DNA of 63,577 nt, counting the filler, from Octopus bimaculoides (lineage: Eukaryota): assembly GCF_001194135.2 (NCBI RefSeq). It is 8 parts of 7 records of this genome, joined end to end, with 100 filler letters (N's around TTAATTAATTAA, not from the genome) between each part and the next. Parts side by side here need not be neighbours in the genome. Positions count along the whole stretch, not along the records: positions 34,302 to 44,686 come from NC_068983.1; positions 44,787 to 49,724 come from NC_069009.1; positions 49,825 to 60,276 come from NC_068981.1; 5 more parts are not named here. One strand, written 5' to 3'. The notes below the pieces were generated by a model. It had not been told where the DNA came from. It made no database searches and saw only the letters and a program-made list of their open reading frames with translations. Both the position numbers and the translations under genes were made by a program. Of this stretch, positions 37,776 through 51,041 are shown piece after piece (position 1 is the stretch's first letter; each line of letters begins with the position of its first letter).

Positions 37776-40081
37776 ATATTTTCCCAGTTTATTTTGTCAT
37801 AGATTCATCTTTGTTATGGTTTACATATTTTAGTTATTATTTTTGCTCCAAATAGACATATGCCCTAGTTTGTTACAGCTCAGTTTAATGTTGTTCTTGT
37901 AGTCTAATATTTTACTTTAGTTTATTCTCGTTCACTTCGGCACAGTTTCCCAATCGTCCTGTTTACTCTCGGCCCAGTTTTCTGTCAAACTTCTGCAATA
38001 TTAAAGTATGAAATGATACTGACTAATGGACAAAATTATTTGTTTTCTAGTCTATACTTATTCACTCCTGACACCATTATTTTATACTTCATTAAATCAA
38101 TTCAGTCTCTAAAAATAGCTTTTAAACTAGAAGAGACGTATTTCTTAAGTCTTTCTATTTTATTTCCTCATGCAATTTTTCTTTGCAAGTCTTGAAATCT
38201 TCTAATTAATGACCGCATTTTGCGATTGTGTTTAGTTTAAACTTTGGTATTATCTTTAATCCGGTTTACAATCAAACAAAACTAAAACTTTTAACAAAAG
38301 ACATAGTTATGTCGTAAGGGTTTTCTTTAATCTCTCAAGCTACTTTTTTGTTTTTGTTCTTTATTTTTTATGAAGCTCCCAACCCCACGCCAACATTCAA
38401 AGATTTCTCACGTTGTTGAACTCAATTTCATTCAATGTTAATTTTACTCGGGTAGACAGAGAAAAAAGAGAGAGTGACAATTACAGGAAAACAAGGAGAC
38501 AGCGAAAGAGAAAGTGAAAGAGAAAAATAGAGGAAGAGAGAAGAGAAGAGGAGAGGAGAGAATGAGAGATGAAAAAGAGTAAGAAAGTGTGATGCAGAAA
38601 AGGGCAAAATTGATAGAGCAAAATATATAGAGAGGGACAGAGACACTTTACTAAACACTTGAATGCTAATCAAAAGAGATTATTAATGCTGGCTGGTGGT
38701 TGTTAATACTTTTACCATTTCCTTTGTTCCCGAAATTGTCCTCCTGGTATTTTACTGCAGAAATCAAACTAAAATCTTAACAATGCTCGGGTGAACATGA
38801 TCTTTACATCTGATAATAAGATATTGTGACAGCTGTCTACTTGCTCTAAAACATTGGCGACTGCCAAGAAGACTCAAACGTCTAATTGATTGTGTGCAAT
38901 CGTATCATGCATACAAACAAATGATTTTTAACTTTTTCTAAATGCTTGATTTAATACTAACGACACGGAAACATCCGATTTCCTTTACCATATTGCCTTC
39001 ATTTGATCTCGTCATCAATACTGGGTGAAGAACGATAAATTTAATATAGTTTTGACAATGAAATATTTTAGTTTAGTATTTCACCCTACATATAGGCAAA
39101 TAATGGAAATAAAAATCATTTTTTTTGTGTGTGTGTATACATATGTTTATACATNNNNNNNNNNNNNNNNNNNNNNNNNNNNNNNNNNNNNNNNNNNNNN
39201 NNNNNNNNNNNNNNNNNNNNNNNNNNNNNNNNNNNNNNNNNNNNNNNNNNNNNNNNNNNNNNNNNNNNNNNNNNNNNNNNNNNNNNNNNNNNNNNNNNNN
39301 NNNNNNNNNNNNNNNNNNNNNNNNNNNNNNNNNNNNNNNNNNNNNNNNNNNNNNNNNNNNNNNNNNNNNNNNNNNNNNNNNNNNNNNNNNNNNNNNNNNN
39401 NNNNNNNNNNNNNNNNNNNNNNNNNNNNNNNNNNNNNNNNNNNNNNNNNNNNNNNNNNNNNNNNNNNNNNNNNNNNNNNNNNNNNNNNNNNNNNNNNNNN
39501 NNNNNNNNNNNNNNNNNNNNNNNNNNNNNNNNNNNNNNNNNNNNNNNNNNNNNNNNNNNNNNNNNNNNNNNNNNNNNNNNNNNNNNNNNNNNNNNNNNNN
39601 NNNNNNNNNNNNNNNNNNNNNNNNNNNNNNNNNNNNNNNNNNNNNNNNNNNNNNNNNNNNNNNNNNNNNNNNNNNNNNNNNNNNNNNNNNNNNNNNNNNN
39701 NNNNNNNNNNNNNNNNNNNNNNNNNNNNNNNNNNNNNNNNNNNNNNNNNNNNNNNNNNNNNNNNNNNNNNNNNNNNNNNNNNNNNNATTTAAACACACAG
39801 CGAGAATGTCATTGAACTTTATGACTTTCTTTTATAATAATTTAGTGATTACTCAGGTTAAGTTCGTTGTATTAATCACATGACGGTGCTTGACGCCCCA
39901 CCCCCAACCCAGTATGATTCCAGTCTCACTCTTCGTCGATTATTTGTAGGTGAGGTCACATGACCTTATAATTCCTTTTCTGTTCCTCTCATTTGGCTCT
40001 TTCTCCGTCGCTTTGATATCCACAAGGTTCTCTCTTTCTCTCTATCTTTCTCTTCTTTCATTTCCTTTTATATCTTACCAC

Positions 40082-40112
<31 letters not shown>

Positions 40113-40639
40113 TCACATACAGACTCTCAGAAATCGAATTCTGTTTTGTTCCTTTTCTTCTCCATTCTTTCACGCGGTACTCTTTAATATTCAGGCTAAC
40201 AAGTATTAATATAAACGAATATTTGCATACTTATTCTTAACACGTCTAGGCAGGTTCTGACGCAAAATATGCTTATCACTATAGAGTACGTCAAAGAAGA
40301 AAACCTACTCTCTTTTACGAGGATAGTATCTTCAACACACTCGACTCATTAACGTAGAGGATTCTGACACACCGGTATCTCGAAATTTTGTGTACCGTCA
40401 GCTGGAAGTACCCCTGGCGTTAGAGTTTAGTCAAATAGCTAGCCTTTTTTTTTTCTATATTTTCAGAGAACAAAATGTTTGCTGATCGGTGCATATATCT
40501 GCTAATCGATATAAGATCGTTATTTGCACCATGTACAACGATCTGCAACGAATATCTGCATATATATTCTTAATATATCATTATAAATATTTATATGATT
40601 GTCCGTAAAACAAGAACTTTGCCCGCAGCCTTTTATGCA

Positions 40640-40900
40640 CTCCTCCTAGTCTGGGGAACTACTATATCACGTGATCACATGACCGACCAGGCTATCCGAT
40701 GTCGCTGCACATCGCCGGTCACAATGCGATTTTGCTTTGCTTTAGCCTTCAAATGCCGCCACTCAACTGGCTAAGCAAGCAGGCCAATATTCCCCCACTC
40801 CGAAAGGGAGACTGGGGAGATGTGAAACGATGTGTTTTGCTCAAGAACACAACTAGCATTCGTGAGTTCAACAACATAACCACTAGGCCATGCACCTTCA
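40640..40900 (-). mobile_element. tRNA-derived SINE (further family)
   Basis: Reverse complement begins GGTGCATGGCCTAGTGGTT...GTTGTGTTCTTGAGCAAAACAC. Confidence 0.6.
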
Positions 40901-41219
40901 CTAGTATATATGTATATATATACATATATATATATATATATANNNNNNNNNNNNNNNNNNNNNNNNNNNNNNNNNNNNNNNNNNNNNNNNNNNNNNNNNN
41001 NNNNNNNNNNNNNNNNNNNNNNNNNNNNNNNNNNNNNNNNNNNNNNNNNNNNNNNNNNNNNNNNNNNNNNNNNNNNNNNNNNNNNNNNNNNNNNNNNNNN
41101 NNNNNNNNNNNNNNNNNNNNNNNNNNNNNNNNNNNNNNNNNNNNNNNNNNNNNNNNNNNNNNNNNNNNNNNNNNNNNNNNNNNNNNNNNNNNNNNNNNNN
41201 NNNNNNNNNNNNNNNNNNN

Positions 41220-41263
<44 letters not shown>

Positions 41264-41610
41264 AATGCAAGAGAGTTATGGGTTGAGGATTCAACCCACT
41301 AAGGGATAGTATCCATCCAATATACTGCTGGGAGAGTACACAATTATTGTTACACTAGTGTTATACCAAGTTTAATAAGTGGGTGCGGGTAAAAAGGGGA
41401 TTATTTTACCCTATATCTAAATAGCAATTAGAAAATGGAGGAGAATATGCGGTACTCAACTATTTGCAGACAGTGTATTCCGTTGAATTAATTAAATTAT
41501 TTTGTAACTAAAAAGACAAAACCACAAAATACAAATGCTTATGACATACCATATTATATTAACAATCGAGGTTAGAAATATAAAGTACATTAGGAATTTG
41601 AGAATAAACA

Positions 41611-41723
41611 GAAACTTACAGCTGTTTCGGTCTAGCGTTGACATGCCCCATTTTATCCGAATAGCTCCTGCCAGAGTAATTAGCAGATGAAATGCACGAT
41701 TCGCTAGGCCTCTTCAGAGATTC
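41611..41723 (-). ncRNA. Type I hammerhead ribozyme motif with long stem II
   Basis: GAATCT-CTGAAGA-GGCCTAGCG..CGCTAGACC-GAAAC AGCT GTA-AGTTTC. Confidence 0.75.
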
Positions 41724-42839
41724 ACAAAAATTCAACATAAATATAAGGAAAAAAACTACAAATAGAATAGAAATAAAAATAAGAATACAGTAAAAATAAA
41801 GTAAATAAATAAGAAATGAAAATATACAAATATAAGGCACATAAAAAGCCTACAAACAGTATATAAGGTCATACAAATAGTTATAGACACTCCAATACAC
41901 ATGTCTGTGCCTGTGTGCATAACCATACTCACATATATATGTGAGTACATATGTGTGTGTATATCTATCTATCCCCTCCCACATACGTACACACATACAT
42001 ATATGTATGCACAGACATATATGTATGTGTGTACGTATGTAGGAGGGGATAGATGGATATATACACACAATTGTACTCACATATATATATATGCATTTGA
42101 ATCCTTTGATATCCAAGTATGGTTATGCACATAACTAAAGACCTGTACTTTCATGGATTTTAANNNNNNNNNNNNNNNNNNNNNNNNNNNNNNNNNNNNN
42201 NNNNNNNNNNNNNNNNNNNNNNNNNNNNNNNNNNNNNNNNNNNNNNNNNNNNNNNNNNNNNNNNNNNNNNNNNNNNNNNNNNNNNNNNNNNNNNNNNNNN
42301 NNNNNNNNNNNNNNNNNNNNNNNNNNNNNNNNNNNNNNNNNNNNNNNNNNNNNNNNNNNNNNNNNNNNNNNNNNNNNNNNNNNNNNNNNNNNNNNNNNNN
42401 NNNNNNNNNNNNNNNNNNNNNNNNNNNNNNNNNNNNNNNNNNNNNNNNNNNNNNNNNNNNNNNNNNNNNNNNNNNNNNNNNNNNNNNNNNNNNNNNNNNN
42501 NNNNNNNNNNNNNNNNNNNNNNNNNNNNNNNNNNNNNNNNNNNNNNNNNNNNNNNNNNNNNNNNNNNNNNNNNNNNNNNNNNNNNNNNNNNNNNNNNNNN
42601 NNNNNNNNNNNNNNNNNNNNNNNNATATATATATATATACTTATATATATACAGATACACACACACATATATGTAGACACACACATACACACACACATAT
42701 TCCCGTGTTTATAACTTGAAAATAGTTCTTGAGCTCATCTTTTATTCTGACATAAAATATTTAATCTCGTATAATAAATCACAACGAATATGCTGCAGCC
42801 AAAACTCAAGTCTTTTAAGAGATGTAAAGAGATGTACGC

Positions 42840-42996
42840 GCAGATATGTAGATATGTATGTATGTATATGTGTATATGTAAGTATATGGATGTATATGTG
42901 TATGTATATATGTAAGTATAAGTATGTATATATGTAAGTATATATGTATGTATATATGTAAGTATATATATAAGTATATATATGTATATATGTAAG

Positions 42997-43073
<77 letters not shown>

Positions 43074-43169
43074 AAGTATGTATGTATGTATATATGTATG
43101 TATGCATGTATGTATGTATATATGTGTGTGTGTGTGTGTGCGTCTGTGTGCGTGCCTCTGTGTGTGTGT

Positions 43170-43208
<39 letters not shown>

Positions 43209-43210
43209 GA
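42840..43210. repeat. Compound (TA)/(TATG)/(TG) microsatellite
   Basis: Direct. Confidence 0.9.
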
Positions 43211-43687
43211 GACGGAGATCTGTATACCCGATTGCAAGAAGGTGAGAGTATGTGTGTTTCTCGTACATAAGAATTATGTATCTTTATAAATTACGACAAA
43301 GCAATCATTTCACAAAGCACCGAGTATTCAATAGAGATGAAAACATGTTTGTAATGCTACGTATAGTGTATCAAGTGCTGTAATTAGGGCCACATCAAAT
43401 AAAATGCACCCATAAGAATAAAATAACAAGTGGAAAAAGACAGATATAAGGTTATACACATTTCAGAAACTAATAAACTAGGACTAGGATAAAGGAATAA
43501 ATGTAGAATAAGTATATTTATGCACACACACTAACAAACACACGCACACACACACACGCACACACACACATGTACACCTTCTACACAATCGCTTATATAT
43601 ATATATATATATATATATANNNNNNNNNNNNNNNNNNNNNNNNNNNNNNNNNNNNNNNNNNNNNNNNNNNNNNNNNNNNNNNNNNNN

Positions 43688-43736
<49 letters not shown>

Positions 43737-43920
43737 CTATACGTTAAAGCATATCTTTATCGTTCTTACCTTATCGTATGTCCATTCTCTGGAAATCTTT
43801 CGCCACACACCTGTGTCTTCTTTAGTGACACTTCCACCACACGTGTCTCCTCCTGTTCTGTTTAGTCCATTCCGATCGATGGACATTTCCAGGCAATGGA
43901 CATAAGATAGAATAAGAACA

Positions 43921-44128
43921 TATCTTTATCTTTTATGTCTTACTTGTTTCAATCAATTGACTGTAGCGATGCTGGGACACCGCCTTGAACAATTTTTTAG
44001 TCGAATGAATCGACCCCAGCATTTTTTTATAAGCTTGGTAATTATTCTATCGTGCCTATTACCGAACCGCTAAGTTACAGGGGCGTAAACACACCAACAC
44101 CAGTTGTCAAGCAGTTGTGGGGAACAAG
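43921..44128 (-). mobile_element. SINE family A 3' half
   Basis: CTTGTTTCAATCA..GAACCGCTAAGTTAC..GTTGTCAAGC. Confidence 0.7.
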
Positions 44129-44129
44129 T

Positions 44130-44540
44130 GGATTGTGAATGATTAATTTCGGCTGTTTGGTTGGAAGCAGTGAACAAATGCAGACATGTTGTAAGTTGTA
44201 CCTTGATTAAAGAGTGTGTTAGGGGATTCAGAGACGTTCACGCTAAGTGGCCAGAATGCTTTGGTATAATTTGGGTGTTGGAAAGCTCATACACTACACA
44301 ATGTATAAAGATATTCTTTGATTTGGGTTATCTTATATGTAGTGGCGGTGAGAAATCTCACCGCAATTGTGCAACTTCATACGGTCCAATGTTGTTGTTT
44401 GCACTTTCGTAGCATAGTTTCAAGTGAACCATTAAGGAAAGTTTAGTATAAGGGATTTAGGCTGTACGATTTTTTGGTGGTTGGTTTCAGCTTAGATGTC
44501 TCTGACGGATTTAAGTAGGTCTAATTTGTTGCTGAAAACA
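44130..44540 (-). mobile_element. Decayed Penelope-like linker/GIY-YIG fragment
   Basis: KIVQPKSL.., LRKCKQQ.., SGHLA.., QLTTCLHLFTASNQ in mixed frames. Confidence 0.4.
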
Positions 44541-44643
44541 AACGGTTAAGCGTAAACGAATGTACATGTTATAGCAACTAGTGTGCTAAGGAGATGACTG
44601 AATGAGAGAGAGAAAAAATAATAATAAAATAGAGATAAATGTG

Positions 44644-44686
<43 letters not shown>

Positions 44687-45095
44687 NNNNNNNNNNNNNN
44701 NNNNNNNNNNNNNNNNNNNNNNNNNNNNNNTTAATTAATTAANNNNNNNNNNNNNNNNNNNNNNNNNNNNNNNNNNNNNNNNNNNNTTCTACGACCGATA
44801 GGTATTTGTATTTTCCTAGATTTTAATTATTTCTTTGGTTAAAATAATCATTTTCACACCTAAAAATTAATAAATTAATAAATAAAAATATAGCACAGTA
44901 CTGCACTGTATAACATATTAATTAAAATATATTAAAAGAAAATACGTAGTGTACCGTAGATGAGTAAACAAAGAATCACAAATATATCAATGGAAAACGA
45001 AACTCGGGAGGCGAATGTGGGGTGTTGTTTTGCATTTATAATAAAATAAATGTATACAAATTACAAAAATAAAATACACACACACACGCACACAA

Positions 45096-45130
<35 letters not shown>

Positions 45131-45374
45131 ATATATGAGTATATGCATATATATGTACATGTATGTATATACGTTCATCTACATGTACATATAGATACAT
45201 AACTGGGTACATGACGTGGCAAAAGAACAAGGTCAAAATGGTAAACAAGGTGCAACAAACAAGCAGGCCACGTAGAAACATCCCCTTCATCAGCTGCCAC
45301 CATTAAAACTCCGGCGTGAAAATATAAATATTAAGATAATAATATCCAACAAGAATAAAGTACCATATATATAC

Positions 45375-46570
45375 AAGGAATGTGAACGAAGTCGATCCTC
45401 AACATATAATCTCGGATATAACCTTTACTGCTTCAGATATCATAGCAACTATAAATGAGATCAAATGCTATTCTGCTGTAGGCCCTAATAGATTCCCCGC
45501 TAGTGTCCTGATAGAATATAGACACCAACTTGCAGTCCCTCTAACCAACCTCTGACGAAATTCTTAAAACTCAGGTTATATACCGAAACAGCTCTTATCG
45601 CAGTCTGTCATCCCGGTTTTCAAACAGGAAACAGATTCCTTACAGTCAACTATCGCCCAATCTCACTCACCTCCCATATCATCGAAGTGTTTGAAAGGGT
45701 GGTGTTCAAACCAGCATGGCTTTCTCTGCGGCAGGGATTGTCAAACACAGCTCTTACATCACATCGATGATGTCCTTAAAGCCTTGGGATCAGATTCGAA
45801 CTTTGATGTCATATGTCTTGACTTCAGTAAAGCGTTCGACAGAGTCGACCACAATACCCTACTGTTAAAGTTGTTAAATACTGGATTCCATGGTAAACTA
45901 CTACACTCGATTGAGTATTTCTTGGAGAAAAGAATACATGTTATGATCGATGGAATCCACTCAAGCCCAGCAAGAGTCACTAGTAGTGTCCCCCAGGGGA
46001 CTGTCTTGGGCCCGCTTTTGTTTCTAGTCTAATATAAACGACGTGTCAAGCGTCATCAAACACAGCAAAATGAAAATATTCGCCGATGACTCCAAGCTCC
46101 AAAAAATTACAAACGGAGAAGACCAAACTGAACTCCCGTCTGATCTACAAGCTGTAAGTCAATGGGTAGTCAAAAGCAAAATGCGACTAAACGAGGGAAA
46201 ATTTGAACTGATGCATTTTGGGCAAAAAGACTATACTAAAACAACCATATTCTTTTCCTGCAGGGGAACCACTCACAGCATCTAACACTATCAGAGACCT
46301 AGGAGTAATTGTTAACAACGATCTCAGCTATAAGTGCTCACATCAACAATAAGGTCGATATGAGCTCCTGAATCCTAAGAAGTTTCCGGTCCAGAGAACA
46401 AGGTGTCATCATTTCTCTGTTCTCCTCCTTTGTACGGCCACACTTTGAATATTGCTTCCCCTTGTGGTCTCCCCACACAAAAGAAAACATTTCGAAAATT
46501 GAATCACCTCAGAGAGCATTCACTAAACGAATTAAGGGCATGACTGATCTAGATTATTGGGATCGTCTTT
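45375..46570 (+). mobile_element. CR1/L2-group LINE reverse transcriptase, degenerate
   Basis: NYRPISLTSHII.VFE; QHGF..GRDCQTQLL; CLDFSKAFDRVDH; SSVPQGTVLGPLLFLV; KIFADDSKL. Confidence 0.9.
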
Positions 46571-46589
46571 ATGTTTATTCGTACATATA

Positions 46590-46760
46590 GGCGTAGGAGT
46601 GGCTGTGTGGTAAGTATCTTGCTTATGAACCACACGGTTCCGGGTTCAGTCCCACTGCGTGGCACCTTGGGCAAGTGTCTTCTACTATAGCCTCGAGCCG
46701 ACCAAAGCCTTGTGAGTGGATTTGGTAGACGGAAACTGAAAGAAGCCCGTCGTATATATA

Positions 46761-46795
<35 letters not shown>

Positions 46796-47011
46796 GTGTG
46801 TATATGTTTGTGTGTCTGTGTTTGTCCCCCCAACATCGCTTGACAACCGATGGTGGTGTGTTTATGTCCCCGTAACTTAGCAGCGGTTCGGTGAAAGAGA
46901 CCGATAGAATAAGTACTAGGCTTACAAAGAAGAAGTCCTGGGATCGATTTGCTTGACTAAAGGCGGTGCTCCAGCATGGCCGCAGTCAAATGACTGACAC
47001 AAGTAAAAGAG
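46590..47011 (+). mobile_element. Full SINE family A (tRNA head, CORE-like box, internal microsatellite)
   Basis: GGCGTAGGAGTGGCTGTGTGGTAAG..GGTTCAGTCCC; GGCACCTTGGGCAAGTGTC resembles the CORE-SINE box; (TA)(TATG)(TG) in the middle. Confidence 0.85.
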
Positions 47012-47334
47012 TTATACACATACACGTATTATGTATACCCGACACATCTCTAGCTCTTTCTACCCGTGCTCGTGCATTAGCACACCCACATGCATACACG
47101 TTAAAACTAATGATTCAATTATCTAATTGCCAGTCTAGATATTTGTTTATGTTCTACCTACACAACGCGACCATACACATACCCGCTACTCTCCTGACAC
47201 CATCCTATAGCACACGCACTCCTCTGTCCTACCCTCAATCCACCCTTATTACCTTACAATACAATGAATCGGAAGTAAAAGTAGTCAGGGGTGTGTGTAC
47301 ACATACAGAGATACATATCTAATATATATATCTA

Positions 47335-47397
<63 letters not shown>

Positions 47398-47536
47398 ATA
47401 TATATATATATATATATATACATACATACATACATGTACATTGTCGACTAGTTGTCGAGTTATGCGGGTGTGTACACATAATGAAGACGCATATATACCC
47501 AAATTTTTACATTTCATAAAACACGTATGTGTATGT

Positions 47537-47625
<89 letters not shown>

Positions 47626-48171
47626 ATCAAGGGTATTAGATAGTACCAGTGTTGCTAGAAGTAAGAGTCGAAGAATACTCCTGTAAACCACAGTATCACT
47701 GTAAAGTTAACAAGCTGACGAAATCGAGGAGCGAATGAAAACCCAACCTACCATTGCGGGAGAAAAGACGCATATGAATTTGCAGACATACCCGTATCAC
47801 GTGATTTCAAACTCTTGAGATATTACTCTTAGCTCTCATCAGTGGGTCTTGCTGCCTAAGGTTAAACTAATACCCCCTTCGTCATGCTTATTATAATCGT
47901 TGAAAGACTAGCGCCAAATTCAAACGATTAGAAGTGTATAATTATACATAAGTAGGGATATTAGTATTAATAAATAATAATAATATAAGTGGCTAGCAAG
48001 CATAAAAACCCAAAACGTCAATTATTTAAATTTATAGTCTGGTGTACAAGATGGTACCAGCGTTTTACTCGCTCCTCGATTTAGTCAGCTTATTAAATTT
48101 CCACTGATATTGTGGCTTATTTCAGAATTTTTAGATTTCTAGCAACGCCGGTACTATCCTGTACCCTTGAT
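47626..48171. mobile_element. Fold-back element with ~110-bp inverted arms and an internal hammerhead
   Basis: 47626-47741 is the diverged reverse complement of 48061-48171. Confidence 0.7.
47790..47847 (-). ncRNA. Type I hammerhead ribozyme motif
   Basis: ACCCA-CTGATGA-GAGCT..AGTTT-GAAA TCACGTGA TA-CGGGT. Confidence 0.65.
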
Positions 48172-48302
48172 CATAAATTTACCTTTTTGGTTTTTATACT
48201 TGCTGGCTACTTAGTATTATTAATAAATGATAATAATATATCTAATATATCTTTATATATATATATACATGTGTATGTGTGTGTGTGTATATATATATAT
48301 AT

Positions 48303-48428
48303 AGCCATGCTGGAGCACTGCCTTTTAGCCGAAGAAATCGACCCCTGGACTTATTCTTTGTAAGCCTGGTACTTATTATATCGGACTTTTAGGCCGGACC
48401 GCTAGCTTACGGGGACGTAAACACACCA
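48303..48428 (-). mobile_element. SINE family A 3' fragment
   Basis: GCCATGCTGGAGCACTGCC..GGACTTATTCTTTGTAAGCC. Confidence 0.75.
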
Positions 48429-48659
48429 TATAAAGGAGACCTGAATAGTAGCTAGACCTGCTAGAAATAGCTGCTAAATTCTCCCTCAAACCACCCCCTA
48501 CTGTCTTAAGAAAGGATTTGCTGGATAAGGTGATTGTGGGATCCTTGGAAATAGGAAACCAACGGGATTGTCACGGCCTTTGATCTTTGGATCACAGTTG
48601 ACAAGAAGTTCAATATCTGCACCTCCCCTCGAACCATTACTACGGCAACTACTATCATG

Positions 48660-49260
48660 CCTACAGCAGCACCAAAACAGCTGCAGCCAATACTGTAACT
48701 ACTACCAGAGCACCACTAAATGAACTACAGCCAATACAACAGCATGCATTCAACACCACCACAACTACTGCAACGTCAAACAGCACCACGGCAACCACCA
48801 TCACCGTTACCACTACTATCACCACCACCACCACCACCACAACTACCACCACAACAACTACCACCACAACAACTACCACTACCACCACCACATTACCACC
48901 AGCGCTACCACTACTACGACAATCACCATCACCGCTACCACCACAACTACCACCATTACCACTAATGTTCGATATTTGGCTGTTCTGTTGATCATACCAA
49001 CTGAAACACTCGTCGTCATAACCGACGGAGTACCGGTTAAATGTGCGTGTGGTTGCGTTTCGTCTGTTTATCTTCATAAATGGTTTTTGCTTCATACCAC
49101 CACCACATTACCACCACCGCTATCACCACTACCAGCGCTACCACCACTACGACAACCACCATCACCGCTACCACCACAACTACCACCACTACCACTAATG
49201 TCACCACCACCACCGCTACTACCATCACCACCACTACTACTACCACCACCACCACGAAGA
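48660..49260. repeat. Cryptic (ACC/ACT/ACA)n low-complexity tract with an internal ~85-bp duplication
   Basis: Direct; 48885-48968 resembles 49100-49201. Confidence 0.8.
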
Positions 49261-49447
49261 ATAACAACACTAAACATTCTCTAAAAACTGATTCTGCCAT
49301 AAACGAAATAAAAGGAAACAGGAAAAAAAATTAGTTTTGTTGGAAGATAATGGATAGAAGACTGGTGTGTGTGTGTGTATGTGTGTGTATGCATGTATAT
49401 GTTTGTGCGTATGTGTGCTTACATATGTGTGTCTGCATACATGTGTC

Positions 49448-49489
<42 letters not shown>

Positions 49490-50487
49490 TATATATTCAT
49501 ACACACACACACACACACTCACACACACACTCACACACACACACTCACACACACACACACACTCACACACACACATACACTCACACACACACTCTCACAC
49601 ACACACACACACACAGATATATATATATACTGACACATACATTTATATCTCAGTATACATACACACAAATACCTGTGTGTAGAAAGGTGTGCGTAGGTAT
49701 GTGTGTGTTTGTATGTATGAATATNNNNNNNNNNNNNNNNNNNNNNNNNNNNNNNNNNNNNNNNNNNNTTAATTAATTAANNNNNNNNNNNNNNNNNNNN
49801 NNNNNNNNNNNNNNNNNNNNNNNNGTGGCATCCTTAGATTATTGAAAAAAATCGATAGTACGGCCCCTGGAAAGGACCTTCATATCTACCTCGTATAACA
49901 AATTTTTTTTAAAACACCCAAGGGAAATAACCCATAGCACCTGTATAATATTTTTTAAACACTCAAGGGAAATAACTCATTTCATTATCAATGTTCGATT
50001 ACTTTGAATATTGATTTTTTGTGTGTCCTATTTCTAATTTTTGCAGACAATATCACTTTTATACTTTATTTGAAACATGAGTAGAGCTCATGTCTGGAAA
50101 CCGCGAGACATACTTAGATTGATGGAAAAAAATACACACATATGTATAAGGCAAAAATAGCCAGTTGAAAAATCTCACAAAGAGATCAGAGCAGTGACTA
50201 TACCAAACAGTAAAGCCAGTCGCCACATCAATGTGGCTGTTGAACGTTACTACTAGTTTAACTTCAGGCAGATTCTCCGCCAGCTGCTTATCGATGTGTC
50301 ACTGCACCCTTTATATACAATATATTGTTAGAAAGGGGGAGCGAACCTCCTACCCTCTAGCAGGTATCAGGGTTGCGATACCTGCTAGAGGTTGTAGAGA
50401 TTAGATAAATACCTCTATAGATTCCTCTATTTACATAATATCGAGGTCTCATTCATTCTTTTATACATATATANNNNNNNNNNCTCT

Positions 50488-51041
50488 TAGAATGCGTTCG
50501 AATCTTGTTTTTGCTCCTTTGTACACTCTGATTCTATCGTACGGTGTGTAACCGGAACGTTGCATTTGGAATATGTAGTGCTGGATGTGTTGTTGTCGTT
50601 CATGTGGTTGGCATAGTGGGGTATACGTTCCTCATTACTCTAATAAGTCTGCCACGAGGATGTTGATTTTGGTAGTACTTGACATCGCTGAATCACTACG
50701 GATAACCAGTGGATTAGCCATTGGTTTATGATAGTGCGAGTGGAGTAAACAGGATTTAACAGTTCCGTTAATCATAGTATTTTCTATCCACAGCTCAGTA
50801 TCTAGGACGGTAATCTATTTCTGGGGTGTTTAGAGGGGTAGTCTACAGTAGCCTTTATACTGCTATGGATATGGTCAGCTATGTGTTGTATAGTTGTCAT
50901 CACCTGTTCTTCATTTAGTAGAGTGCTCATATATGTATTACTTTCCAGGACAACACATCCAGCACTACATATTCTGAATACAACTCTCCGGTTACACACA
51001 GAGTGCACAAAGGGGCGAAAACAAGATTCGAACGCATTCTA
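50488..51041. mobile_element. Fold-back PLE-derived element with ~95-bp inverted arms
   Basis: Arms at 50488-50593 and 50950-51041; internal minus frame HYHKPMANPLVIRSDSAMSSTTKINILVADLL resembles the PLE RT C-terminal region. Confidence 0.55.
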
